Program-made: the position numbers and the translations under genes | Assembly: GCA_963722255.1 (NCBI GenBank) | Contig: CAVRJO010000002.1 | Coordinates: 512,001 to 576,000, forward strand | DNA: 64,000 nt | DNA from: Candidatus Babeliales bacterium | Lineage (GTDB): Bacteria; Babelota; Babeliae; Babelales; JANWKD01 | Direction: 5' to 3' | Notes under the pieces: model-generated | Database searches by the model: none | What the model saw: the letters and a program-made list of their open reading frames with translations, nothing else | Told to the model about the DNA's origin: nothing | In this document: positions 41,438 to 51,741 of the stretch, piece after piece | How the letters are laid out: the number at the start of each line of letters is the position of its first letter | Numbering within the stretch: position 1 is the stretch's first letter

Positions 41438-43612
41438 TTATAAGGGTGGAAAGGATAAGTTTGATAACAAAGATGGCTGTGTAGTAGCATTTGCTACAAA
41501 CTGTTCAAAAACATTCGTTACAAATACATAGTTCAAATCAGTATCAAAAACAGTATTTTGGATTATTAAATTATTTGCTGATGAGGCACTTAACCCGCGA
41601 CCCGATGAAACACCTGGTTGACCAACGGGTAAAGCAGGTCCACGAACATTTGAAATTTCATTATTACGAATTATATGATCCAATGGAAAGCTTAAAGAAG
41701 GATACACCAAAAATGTTGCAGTAATTGCTGGTACCGCAATAGTTGCTCCAATTGGAGACCATTGAGGAATAAAAATAAGATCATCAAAAGTACTATTATT
41801 TGCAACGCGAACAAGAGAATTACCATCAAACTTCAAAATTAGTAAATCAGGAATGTTTGAATTATGCACAACAGCAAGCAATTGACCATCAGGAGACCAT
41901 TGCGCCCAATTAGCTACGGCTACAGTTAATGGAAAATTCACCACTAACTGTAAGCTAGATCCGGTGAAATTTAACACCGCCACGCCAGTAGGACTTGCAA
42001 CAGCAATAAATTGTCCATTAGGAGACCAGTTTATAGAATCAACAACATTGGCATTAGTAAACGTAGCTACCTGTGTTAACGAATTTCCATCAAAACTATA
42101 AATAAAGAACGTATTACTACCTGAACTTGCAACTGCTAAATAACGTCCATCTGGTGACCATGCTACACGATTACCAAGATTTACTTGCGTGACATTGTTC
42201 AATAATAAACTTGTACTACTAAATTTTGCAATATATGTTATTCCATTAAGGGCGGAAGCAATATATTTGCCATCTGGAGACCAACTTATTTGATAAACAG
42301 GAAAACCTAAATCTGTATAAGGCTGCGTAATATTTGCTACCAATTCAAGCTCTGCACCACCAAACTGATACACATTTAATGTACTAGCCGTAGTTACAAA
42401 AGTTGTTACAAATTGTCCATCAGGTGAACTTGCAACTCCAGAAATAGGAAAAGCTAATGTTTGTTGTGCAACAGCACCAAACTTATTATCAAAAACAGCT
42501 AAAAGCTGTTCAGTAGCAAGCGCTTGTGCAACGGCTATATAATTGGCATTAGAAAGCCAGTCAACTTGGGGAACTTCACCCGCAGAAGAATTTCCTATAG
42601 GGGCACCCGTTAAAGTTACAATGATTGAATAATCCATTTCAATACCAAACGGTAGAGCACTTGACGTTGTAAAACAGTTACTTATTTGATTATCTTTAAT
42701 AACATCATTATTTTCTGTTGCACCAATATAAATCCCTACTGCTTTATTGCCTGTAAAAGTATCATTAGTACTTACACCATCAATGACACATTGTGTAATA
42801 GTGTTGCCACCACCTTGCGTCAAAGAAATCCCATATACTGATCCATTTACAGTATTGGTACTGTTAATTACTACATTCTGAATTATATTAGTGTAACTTT
42901 GAATTAATTCTATTCCTGCATTATTCTGCGAAAAAAATAAACAATCAGCAACGAAGACATGAGCCACTGATGTACAACTTAGACCAGTAAAATTTGAAGT
43001 CAAGTCAACATCGGTAATATGCACAATATCAACGGGTGCAAGATTCGTTCCAAGGCAAGTAATACCCTGAGCACATGAGCTTATTTCACCGATGGAATAT
43101 GCTATATTTGAACATCCTGCTCCAATGCGTAATCCGCTTCGAGTCATACCTATGATATCAGTATTTGTGATAACAATATTTTTTCTACCTGGTGCTATTG
43201 CAATACCATCAACAGATGCTGTACCATTGCCTTGCACAATACTAAAACAGTATGAATCAAGAAAAACATTATCGGCATTAATAGTTATTGCAGCTGCGCT
43301 ACTAACTGGATCAAATATAATATTTTCTGCAATTTTATAAGCACCTGAACCCGTTATGGTAAAACCTGTAGTTCCAACATCAGATTGCCGAATAAGAGTT
43401 GGAGCACATCCTTGAGTTTGTAATATTTGACCTAAAGCAGAAATCTCTGAAAACGTTCCCATGAAATTAACTTCAATGTTTGAACAACAGAGTGTCAACG
43501 TCGTATCAATATCAATAACAACATCTCGAGTCATGCGCGAATCGCTCATTGCTTGGATAATATTCCCTGCAAGAATACAGGCAAATAATATGCCTATTTG
43601 TTTTTTCTTCAT
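41438..43612 (-). CDS. beta-helix/WD40 protein (array gene C)
   Basis: SDSRMTRDVVIDIDTTLT; WSPDG repeats; ends NLSFPPL. Confidence 0.85.
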   Translation of the reverse strand: MKKKQIGILFACILAGNIIQAMSDSRMTRDVVIDIDTTLTLCCSNIEVNFMGTFSEISALGQILQTQGCAPTLIRQSDVGTTGFTITGSGAYKIAENIIFDPVSSAAAITINADNVFLDSYCFSIVQGNGTASVDGIAIAPGRKNIVITNTDIIGMTRSGLRIGAGCSNIAYSIGEISSCAQGITCLGTNLAPVDIVHITDVDLTSNFTGLSCTSVAHVFVADCLFFSQNNAGIELIQSYTNIIQNVVINSTNTVNGSVYGISLTQGGGNTITQCVIDGVSTNDTFTGNKAVGIYIGATENNDVIKDNQISNCFTTSSALPFGIEMDYSIIVTLTGAPIGNSSAGEVPQVDWLSNANYIAVAQALATEQLLAVFDNKFGAVAQQTLAFPISGVASSPDGQFVTTFVTTASTLNVYQFGGAELELVANITQPYTDLGFPVYQISWSPDGKYIASALNGITYIAKFSSTSLLLNNVTQVNLGNRVAWSPDGRYLAVASSGSNTFFIYSFDGNSLTQVATFTNANVVDSINWSPNGQFIAVASPTGVAVLNFTGSSLQLVVNFPLTVAVANWAQWSPDGQLLAVVHNSNIPDLLILKFDGNSLVRVANNSTFDDLIFIPQWSPIGATIAVPAITATFLVYPSLSFPLDHIIRNNEISNVRGPALPVGQPGVSSGRGLSASSANNLIIQNTVFDTDLNYVFVTNVFEQFVANATTQPSLLSNLSFPPL

Positions 43613-43624
43613 ACACTCTCCTTA

Positions 43625-45793
43625 TTATAATGGTGGAAATGAAACATTTGACAATAAACTTGGTTTTTGATTTGCATTACTAATAAATTGCTCAAAAATA
43701 TTATTCACAAAAACATAACTCAAATCTGCATCAAAAACCGTATTTTGATAAATAAGATTGTTTGCCGACGAAGCACTTAATCCTCGGCCGGAAGAAACGC
43801 CCGGTTGGCCATTTGATATTGCAGGGCCATGAATTTGTGAGATTTTATTATTTTTAAATAATGATCCTGAAGGAAATTGAAACGCTGCAAAAACACGTGC
43901 AGAATAGTTTGTTGAACTACTTGTAAAAGCGCCAAATCCTACAACATTCCCAAGAGAAGACCAACCAAATCCAGCAAAAAAACCATCTCCAATACCACTA
44001 ACAACTTGACTTGTCTGTTGTATCAACGCTGTGCCAATAAATTTTAAAAGAATTAATGTAAAAGGATTTTCCTGTAAAACCGCAAGGTACTGACCATCAG
44101 GAGACCAAAATGCTCCTTGTGGTGAAGAAACATTAAAAGTTGCAACTAGTTGTAATGCAACGCCTGAAAAGCTATAAACATTGACTGTGGTTAATGTCCC
44201 AATGGCTAAAAATTTTTCATCAGGAGACCACGTCATAGGTGATTCTATGGAAGAAGCCACACTCGTTATTAATTGCAATGAATTTCCACTGAATTGGTAA
44301 ATAGAGATAGTACCTGAGACAGTACCTGCATTAATGGCCACAAAGTCACTATCGGGAGACCATACAGGAAAAAACACTGTTGTCCCTAAATTTACTGATG
44401 CCACCAAAACAATAGAAACACCATCAAATGAAAAAATGTCTAATAAATTACCATTAGCTACAGCCAAATATTTTCCGTCAGGAGACCACGAACTACCAGC
44501 TCCACCTATAGGCGTTGATTGTGCGACAAGTGTTACAATTCCTTGATTAACGCTGTAAATATTGACATTAGTTCCTATTACAGCCAAAAATGATCCATCA
44601 GGAGACCACGATAAGGTACGTACACCAGTTAATACTACATTTTGAATCAATTTTAACGATGATTCAGCAAATTCATACACACTAAAATTAGTTGTGGGAA
44701 TTGTATCAGCAACCGCAAAATATCGCCCATTTGGAGACCATGCAGAACTATTAGGAGCACTAGGTTGTGTAACTTGAGTAATTTGAGGAGTAGAAGTTAT
44801 GGTATACAACATTTCAATGCCAAAAGGTTGCGCATTAGAGGTTGTGGTACAATTGCTAATTTGATTGTTTAAAATTAGATCATCATTTTCTGTTGCTCCA
44901 AGTAAAATGCCAACAGCACTATTACCTGAAAATGTATCATTCGTGCTTACACCATCTATATAACAGTTTTGTACACGATTATTTCCACCGTTAATCATTG
45001 AAACGCCAAATGCTGATCCATTTGCAGCGCCTGTTTCTTCTATACTGCACGAATCAATGTTATTTGAAAAACTGGTTATTAATTCTATACCCGCATGCGC
45101 ATTACCAAAAAAGACACATTCTGAAATAGCTGTACGATTTACAAATGTTAAACTTATTCCCGTACTATTATTGAGCAGATCTAGCTCTAGAGCTTGCATA
45201 TCCTCAGTCGGAGATATATTTGTTCCAAGGCAAAAGATTCCATACAAGCAATTTTGTATTGTTATATTGGCGTATGCTACATTGGTAACGCCTGATGCAA
45301 CTCGAATACCATCACGTGTAAACTTTTTTATTTTCCCATTATGAATCATGATACTGCTCAGATTTGCATTGATCGCAATACCATCAACATTTGCCGTTGT
45401 GTTTCCTTGAGTTATAGTAAAGCATTGTAAATCAAGCAGTACATTATCTGCATTAATGGTAATTGCTGCTGTGCTGCCAACCGGATTAAAAATAATATTT
45501 TGCGACAGTTTATAAACTCCTGAACTTGTTATAGTGAATCCTGCTGTTCCGACGTCTGCCTGTCCAATAAAACGCGCTGCACATCCTTCTGCTTTCAGTA
45601 ATGATTCAATATACGCAATAGTGGTAAATGTCCCTTCAAAATTAACGTCAGTTTGAGCACAAAAAGTTGTCAATGTCGTATCAATATCTATGACAATATC
45701 TCGCGTCATGCGTGGGTCAAATGTTGCCTGTAATCCTGCAATCTGCAACATACCTAAAACTGCCGTAGCGATATAAACTAATTTTTTATACAT
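43625..45793 (-). CDS. beta-helix/WD40 protein (array gene D)
   Basis: FDPRMTRDIVIDIDTTLT; WSPDG repeats; ends NVSFPPL. Confidence 0.85.
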   Translation of the reverse strand: MYKKLVYIATAVLGMLQIAGLQATFDPRMTRDIVIDIDTTLTTFCAQTDVNFEGTFTTIAYIESLLKAEGCAARFIGQADVGTAGFTITSSGVYKLSQNIIFNPVGSTAAITINADNVLLDLQCFTITQGNTTANVDGIAINANLSSIMIHNGKIKKFTRDGIRVASGVTNVAYANITIQNCLYGIFCLGTNISPTEDMQALELDLLNNSTGISLTFVNRTAISECVFFGNAHAGIELITSFSNNIDSCSIEETGAANGSAFGVSMINGGNNRVQNCYIDGVSTNDTFSGNSAVGILLGATENDDLILNNQISNCTTTSNAQPFGIEMLYTITSTPQITQVTQPSAPNSSAWSPNGRYFAVADTIPTTNFSVYEFAESSLKLIQNVVLTGVRTLSWSPDGSFLAVIGTNVNIYSVNQGIVTLVAQSTPIGGAGSSWSPDGKYLAVANGNLLDIFSFDGVSIVLVASVNLGTTVFFPVWSPDSDFVAINAGTVSGTISIYQFSGNSLQLITSVASSIESPMTWSPDEKFLAIGTLTTVNVYSFSGVALQLVATFNVSSPQGAFWSPDGQYLAVLQENPFTLILLKFIGTALIQQTSQVVSGIGDGFFAGFGWSSLGNVVGFGAFTSSSTNYSARVFAAFQFPSGSLFKNNKISQIHGPAISNGQPGVSSGRGLSASSANNLIYQNTVFDADLSYVFVNNIFEQFISNANQKPSLLSNVSFPPL

Positions 45794-45848
45794 CTATTTC
45801 TCCTCACTATAAGGTTCTAGAAATCTAGAACATCTAAGTTATAATAGT

Positions 45849-48017
45849 TTACAATGGTGGAAATGAAATATTTGACAATAAGCTTGGCTCTTGGCTTACA
45901 TTAGCAACGAACTGCTCAAACACATTATTTACAAAAACATAGTTACTATCATTATCAAATCCTGTATTTTGTAAAATTAGATTATTCGCTGATGATGCAC
46001 TCAAACCACGCCCTGATGAAATACCCGGTAGATTGGTTGATAATGCAGGACCATTTACATTAGATATTTCATTGTTTTGAAGTAAAGACCCTGATGGAAA
46101 CTGTAATCCAGAATAAAGTTGAGCATTTGTTCCAACAGGACCACTGTCTACAGCTATTATTGTGCCCGAATTATTCCATGCAGGGGTATGTTGTGGCGAA
46201 CCACCACTAGCAATACTCTCAATATTAATAAGAGCATTGCCTACAAATTGCAATACCCGAACAACTCCAGAAACTCCTGCATCAGTTGCAATATAATTGC
46301 CATCCGAAGACCATTTCACTGCATTAGCTCCACTAGCAAAACTAGCTACCAACGTTAATGAAGTTCCATTAAAAAGCAACACCCCTATTGAGGTACTAGC
46401 AAATGCAATATACTTGCCATTTGGCGACCATTGTAGATTAAGTAGCCCGGGAGCACTAAATGATGCAACTAATGTTAAACTATTTCCATTAAACGCATAA
46501 ACTTGTACAACACCTCCGGCTCTTAATGCTATAAATTCATCATCAAAAGACCATGTAGCTAAATCTCCTCCGGTAACTAGTGTAACAGAAGTCAAAATAA
46601 CACTATCTCCATTGATACTTACTTTTACAATTTCACATTGAGCGGGAGCCGCAGTTGATCCTAATGCAATATATTTTCCGTTATGCGACCAACTGAATCC
46701 ACTTTCTACATTACTGGTACCGGTAAATGTTCCACGTAAAACGAGAGATGCACCATCAAATTGATAAATACGTAAAAGTGTAGCACCATCAGTAGAAGCT
46801 AAAAATTGACCATCCGGTGACCAAGCAAGATCTCCCGTTATACCCGCTTGTGTTACTTGCGCTATAAGTTTCAATGTATTATTCGCAAACTCAAAAACTT
46901 GTACTGTGTCTAGTGTTGCTCCTGCCACAGCAAGATAACGATCATTTGGTGACCACACAACAGAGGTCGTATCGCCGCTACCTGTGACTACCGGCAATCC
47001 TGAATTGCTCAATATATTGGTAGTTGTATACAACATTTCAATGCCAAAAGGTTGCGCATTAGAGGTTGTAGTACAATTGCTAATTTGATTGTTTAAAATT
47101 AGATCATCATTTTCTATTGCTCCAAGTAAAATACCAACGGCGCTATTACCTGAAAATGTATCATTCGTGCTTACACCATCTATATAACAGTTTTGTACAC
47201 GATTATTACCACCGTTAATCATTGAAACGCCAAATGCTGATCCATTTGCAGCGCCTGTTTCTTCTATACTGCAGGAATCAATGTTATTTGAAAAGCTGGT
47301 TATTAATTCTATACCCGCGTGCGCATTACCAAAAAAGACACTTTCTGAAATAGCTGCACGATTTACAAATGTTAAACTTATTCCTGTACTATTATTGAGC
47401 AAATCTAGCTCTAGAGCTTGCATATCCTCAATTGGCGATATATTTGTTCCAAGGCAAAAGATTCCATACAAGCAATTTTGTATTGTTATATTTGCGTATG
47501 CTACATTGGTAACGCCTGATGCAACACGAATACCATCACGTGTAAACTTTTTTATTTTCCCATTATGAACTATGATACTGCTCAGATTTGCACTAATCGC
47601 AATACCATCAACATTTGCCGCTGTGTTTCCTTGAGTTATAGTAAAGCATTGTAAATCAAGCAGTACATTATCTGCATTAATGGTAATTGCTGCTGCGCTG
47701 CCAACCGGATTAAAAATAATATTTTGCGACAGTTTATAAACTCCTGAACTTGTTATAGTAAATCCTGTTGTTCCAACATCTGCCTGTCCAATAAAACGCG
47801 CTGCACATATTTCTGGTTGCAGTAATGATTCAATATGAGCAATAGTGGTAAATGTCCCTTCAAAATTAACTTCAATTTGTGCGCAACAAGTTGTCAATGT
47901 CGTATCAATATCTATGACAATATCTCGCGTCATACGTGGGTCAAATGTCGCATACGTTCCCATATGCCAGGATATTATTGACAGCATTAAAATTTTATAA
48001 AATATTTTTTCATTCAC
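45849..48017 (-). CDS. beta-helix/WD40 protein (array gene E)
   Basis: N-terminal half almost identical to gene D; different propeller; ends NISFPPL. Confidence 0.85.
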   Translation of the reverse strand: MNEKIFYKILMLSIISWHMGTYATFDPRMTRDIVIDIDTTLTTCCAQIEVNFEGTFTTIAHIESLLQPEICAARFIGQADVGTTGFTITSSGVYKLSQNIIFNPVGSAAAITINADNVLLDLQCFTITQGNTAANVDGIAISANLSSIIVHNGKIKKFTRDGIRVASGVTNVAYANITIQNCLYGIFCLGTNISPIEDMQALELDLLNNSTGISLTFVNRAAISESVFFGNAHAGIELITSFSNNIDSCSIEETGAANGSAFGVSMINGGNNRVQNCYIDGVSTNDTFSGNSAVGILLGAIENDDLILNNQISNCTTTSNAQPFGIEMLYTTTNILSNSGLPVVTGSGDTTSVVWSPNDRYLAVAGATLDTVQVFEFANNTLKLIAQVTQAGITGDLAWSPDGQFLASTDGATLLRIYQFDGASLVLRGTFTGTSNVESGFSWSHNGKYIALGSTAAPAQCEIVKVSINGDSVILTSVTLVTGGDLATWSFDDEFIALRAGGVVQVYAFNGNSLTLVASFSAPGLLNLQWSPNGKYIAFASTSIGVLLFNGTSLTLVASFASGANAVKWSSDGNYIATDAGVSGVVRVLQFVGNALINIESIASGGSPQHTPAWNNSGTIIAVDSGPVGTNAQLYSGLQFPSGSLLQNNEISNVNGPALSTNLPGISSGRGLSASSANNLILQNTGFDNDSNYVFVNNVFEQFVANVSQEPSLLSNISFPPL

Positions 48018-48079
48018 GACAAACTCTTTGGTTTAAGCAAGACTATAGAAATATTATTAAAAATCACCACATATATACT

Positions 48080-48117
48080 AATGAACCACCTTATTAATTT
48101 AAAGAAGGTGGTTCATT
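48080..48117 (-). terminator. hairpin downstream of array gene F
   Basis: AATGAACCACCTT ... AAGGTGGTTCATT. Confidence 0.65.
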
Positions 48118-48135
48118 GTTAACATTTTAAAATAT

Positions 48136-50373
48136 TTATAATGGAGGGAATGATAAATTTGCAATTAAGCTTGGAACCGGACTTGCGGTATTTGCTACAT
48201 ATTGTCTAAATACATCTGTAACAAATACATAATTAATATCATTAGCAAATGCTGTATTTTGAATAATGAGATTTGCCGCAGAAGATCCAACTAATCCTTT
48301 ACCTGTCGAAACACCGGGCAAACCGGCTGTCAAAGGTGCACCTTGAGCCAACGTTATACTATTGTTACGTATAATAGTCCCAAACCCAAACTGCAATCCG
48401 GTTAGTACGCGAACAGATATGCCCGAAATTGCTACAGGAGCCGAACCAATTGTAGTATAAGCACCTGTAGGGGCCCAACGTACCGCATTAACTTGAGCAC
48501 CATTTGCAAACGTTGCTACTTGCGCTAATGCATTTCCTTGAAATTGTAATGCTTCAACTTCAACGCCGGCACTTGCTGCACCACCCAAAAGAACGTACTG
48601 ACCATCTTGCGACCACCGTGTTGATTGAACAGTAGCACCATGGCTATATGATGCAACCGCCGTTAACGCTGCACCGGTAAAGTTTAATACACGAGTATCA
48701 AAACCGCCTGCTCCAGCAACACCGCCCATAACAATAAATCTACCATCAGATGACCAGTTTACACTATTAACAACAGCACCATGCGTAAATGTTGCTACCG
48801 ATGTCAGAGTTGTACCATTAAAGCTATATACAATAACTTGTGTTGTAGTACCAACAGCAAGAAAGTTCACATCGGGCGACCAGCTCACACCCGTTACTGC
48901 CACACCTGGAGCTATTGATGCCACTAACGTTAATGTATTGGCATTTGCTGAAAACTCATACACAGAAACCTGATTTGCTGTTGTTAAGCCTGCTGCGATA
49001 AATCTTCCATCTGATGACCAATCAACTTTGTTAACAGTATTCCCTGCAAGCGTTACCGTAGGTCCAACACCAAATGCCACACCATTAAAACTATACACTC
49101 TCAATGTAGGCGTAGCTGCTTTATCACCCACAGCTAAAAACGATCCATCAGGTGACCACCGTAATGATGATGCACTGACTTGATTGGTTGTAGCAACAAA
49201 CGTAAGTGATGTACCATCAAATTCATACACAGCAACTGTTCCAACACCAGTATTACCACTTGCGGTTCCTAAATATCTGCCATCAGGAGTCCAATCTATG
49301 TCATTAATTGTAGCTGTCGCTGCTGTACTATCAGCTTGCGTAGGCAAATTCGATGAAGAAATCGCTGTAAAGGTATACGCCATTTCAATATTAAATGCAC
49401 GAGCATTTCCTGCACTTAAACTATTACTTATTTCATTATTAATAATAGTATCATTATTTTCTGTTGAACCAATCAAAATACCAACAGCAGTATTAATTGA
49501 AGAAGTTGCTGATGTTGAGGTATTATCAATAAGATTGAATTGAAATGCATTATTTCCACCGCCAATAGCACTAATACCACGAACATCTGCTACACCATTG
49601 GTATCGGCTATTGTACAAAATTTAACCACATGTGAAAAACTATTTATTAATTCTATGCCGGCAGCATCCTGATTAAAAAATGAACATCCATTAATAATGG
49701 CTTGTTGCACAAATTGGGAAGTAACACCGGTATCATTGGCTAAAAACTCAAGTCCGGTAAGTTGTGTATTAACAATTGGCGCCACGCTAGAACCATTAAA
49801 GAAAATACCGTGAGATTCATTAACCAGAAGTTGCATATCGGCGATTATAATATTCGATACTCCTGCTGCAACATTAATACCATCTCCGGTCATTCCTGCG
49901 ATTGAACCATTGATTATGGTTATGTTACTAAAGGTAGTTATCACTTCAATACCATTGACATTTGCCGTTAGATTACCTTGCTCGATTGAAAAACATTGCA
50001 AATCTAATAATACATCCGGAGCATTAATGGTAATTGCAGATGCTGCACCAACTGGGCTAAAGACTATAGATTGTGATAATTGATAGACACCCGATTGAGT
50101 AATAACAAACCCTGTCAAACCAACAGAAGCTTGATTAATTAATACTGGAGAACATCCTGTACCAACCGAAACTTGAAGAGCAGATAATGCAGTAAACGTT
50201 CCTATAAAGTTTTTTTGAGCAGCATCACTGCATGCCGTTAATGTATTGTCAATATCAATAATAATATCACGAGTCATGCGAGGATCTGTGTCTGCCCTGG
50301 CAACGCCAAAGATCAAAACAGATAACACTATTTTAGACAAAAAGCCTAAAAGTTGTATGGGAATACGCTTCAT
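48136..50373 (-). CDS. beta-helix/WD40 protein (array gene F)
   Basis: TDPRMTRDIIIDIDNTLT; seven W..DG-type repeats; ends NLSFPPL; AAGGAG before ATG 50373. Confidence 0.85.
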   Translation of the reverse strand: MKRIPIQLLGFLSKIVLSVLIFGVARADTDPRMTRDIIIDIDNTLTACSDAAQKNFIGTFTALSALQVSVGTGCSPVLINQASVGLTGFVITQSGVYQLSQSIVFSPVGAASAITINAPDVLLDLQCFSIEQGNLTANVNGIEVITTFSNITIINGSIAGMTGDGINVAAGVSNIIIADMQLLVNESHGIFFNGSSVAPIVNTQLTGLEFLANDTGVTSQFVQQAIINGCSFFNQDAAGIELINSFSHVVKFCTIADTNGVADVRGISAIGGGNNAFQFNLIDNTSTSATSSINTAVGILIGSTENNDTIINNEISNSLSAGNARAFNIEMAYTFTAISSSNLPTQADSTAATATINDIDWTPDGRYLGTASGNTGVGTVAVYEFDGTSLTFVATTNQVSASSLRWSPDGSFLAVGDKAATPTLRVYSFNGVAFGVGPTVTLAGNTVNKVDWSSDGRFIAAGLTTANQVSVYEFSANANTLTLVASIAPGVAVTGVSWSPDVNFLAVGTTTQVIVYSFNGTTLTSVATFTHGAVVNSVNWSSDGRFIVMGGVAGAGGFDTRVLNFTGAALTAVASYSHGATVQSTRWSQDGQYVLLGGAASAGVEVEALQFQGNALAQVATFANGAQVNAVRWAPTGAYTTIGSAPVAISGISVRVLTGLQFGFGTIIRNNSITLAQGAPLTAGLPGVSTGKGLVGSSAANLIIQNTAFANDINYVFVTDVFRQYVANTASPVPSLIANLSFPPL

Positions 50374-50609
50374 AGAAACTCCTTTTTTATGGGAAATAAT
50401 TATTATTAGTTGGATCATACAAAAATCAATACTGAATAACAAGAAAAATAAAATGGCTAACTTTAATTTTTGCTAGAGAATAAGAAATAGAGAGTTTTTG
50501 AAAACTATAAAGAACTATGAGGCTCGCTTCATTACTACAATTCCTTCTTAGCTTGGTTTTCAAGCTATTGATCTTTATAAAAAAATCAAGTTATTTGTTG
50601 AATTTTTTT

Positions 50610-51557
50610 TTAATTTGACCGAAGAAAATTCAACAAATCGTTAAAATCATGCGGTAAATCCTGGGTAAAAGAAAATTGATGACCTTCAAAAGAAAATTCT
50701 AAGGTCTTAGCATGTAATGCATGGCGGGAAATTAATTTAGATGAAGCTCCATATACTGCATCACCTATAAGTGGATGGCCAATTGCTGCACAATGTACTC
50801 TGATTTGATGTGTTCTTCCTGTAATAGGAGAGAGCTCTAGTAATGCTGCATCCTTAAAGTATTCAATAACCTTATAGTGCGTAAGAGCAAAACGACCAGT
50901 GCTATATTTATGGCTCATTTTTGTTCGATAGAATGGATCACGTGCAATAGGAAAGTCGATACTACCCGATTGCGGAGGATTACCTTTAACAAGAGCATAA
51001 TATGTTTTTTTAATAGATCTATTTTTAAAAAGATTACTTAAATATTCATGTGCATAATTATTTCGTGAAACTAATAAAAGACCTGATGTATTTTTATCTA
51101 ATCTATGAACAATCCCAGGCCGATCAAGATGGCCTACTAAACGAATTTCATTGAATGTAGTAAGTAACCAGTCAACAAGAGATGGTTCCTTACTGTTTTT
51201 ATGAGGAGCATGTACTGAAATATAGGGGGGCTTATTAACAATAAGAAAATGCTCATGCTCATACACAAGAGATACTGGAATATCAGATGCCATATTAGCC
51301 GTTGGAATTGAATCTTCTAAAGGAAACTGAACCTTTATAAGATCATTGGCCTTGATAAGGCTGCTTGGCTTCTTAACCAAAACATTATTACATACTATTA
51401 ACCCATCATCAATAAGCTTTTTGAAAAAAGTTCTTGAATATTTGGAAAAATAAAGAGATAAATAGCTATCTACGCGCATTGTCGCACATTCCGGAGGCAC
51501 AATAAGAGAATAAAGCATTCCTGGCTTCACAAGGGTATCATTCATAACAATCACCAT
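50610..51557 (-). CDS. rluD: RluA/RluD family 23S rRNA pseudouridine synthase
   Basis: S4-like N-terminus; VNKP, RPGIVHRLDKNTSG, TGRTHQIRVH, LHA. Confidence 0.85.
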   Translation of the reverse strand: MVIVMNDTLVKPGMLYSLIVPPECATMRVDSYLSLYFSKYSRTFFKKLIDDGLIVCNNVLVKKPSSLIKANDLIKVQFPLEDSIPTANMASDIPVSLVYEHEHFLIVNKPPYISVHAPHKNSKEPSLVDWLLTTFNEIRLVGHLDRPGIVHRLDKNTSGLLLVSRNNYAHEYLSNLFKNRSIKKTYYALVKGNPPQSGSIDFPIARDPFYRTKMSHKYSTGRFALTHYKVIEYFKDAALLELSPITGRTHQIRVHCAAIGHPLIGDAVYGASSKLISRHALHAKTLEFSFEGHQFSFTQDLPHDFNDLLNFLRSN

Positions 51558-51741
51558 TTAAATCTTTGTAGAGATAACTAAGGTTTAAACCACTAGTATA
51601 CTTCAGAATACCCTCTTGGTTTTTAAAGTCAAATGGACATTACGATATATATTTTGCTATACTTATTAACAAGGGTAACTAACTTCAAGGTCAAGTGTAT
51701 AGTTTATATCACTAATACGTATTTTTACAAGGTAATGCATA

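Noticed and set aside
36921..50373. Diversity-generating retroelement or invertase shufflon acting on the array
   Set aside because: No reverse transcriptase or recombinase is adjacent, all genes are co-oriented, and the D/E differences I checked are not adenine-specific.
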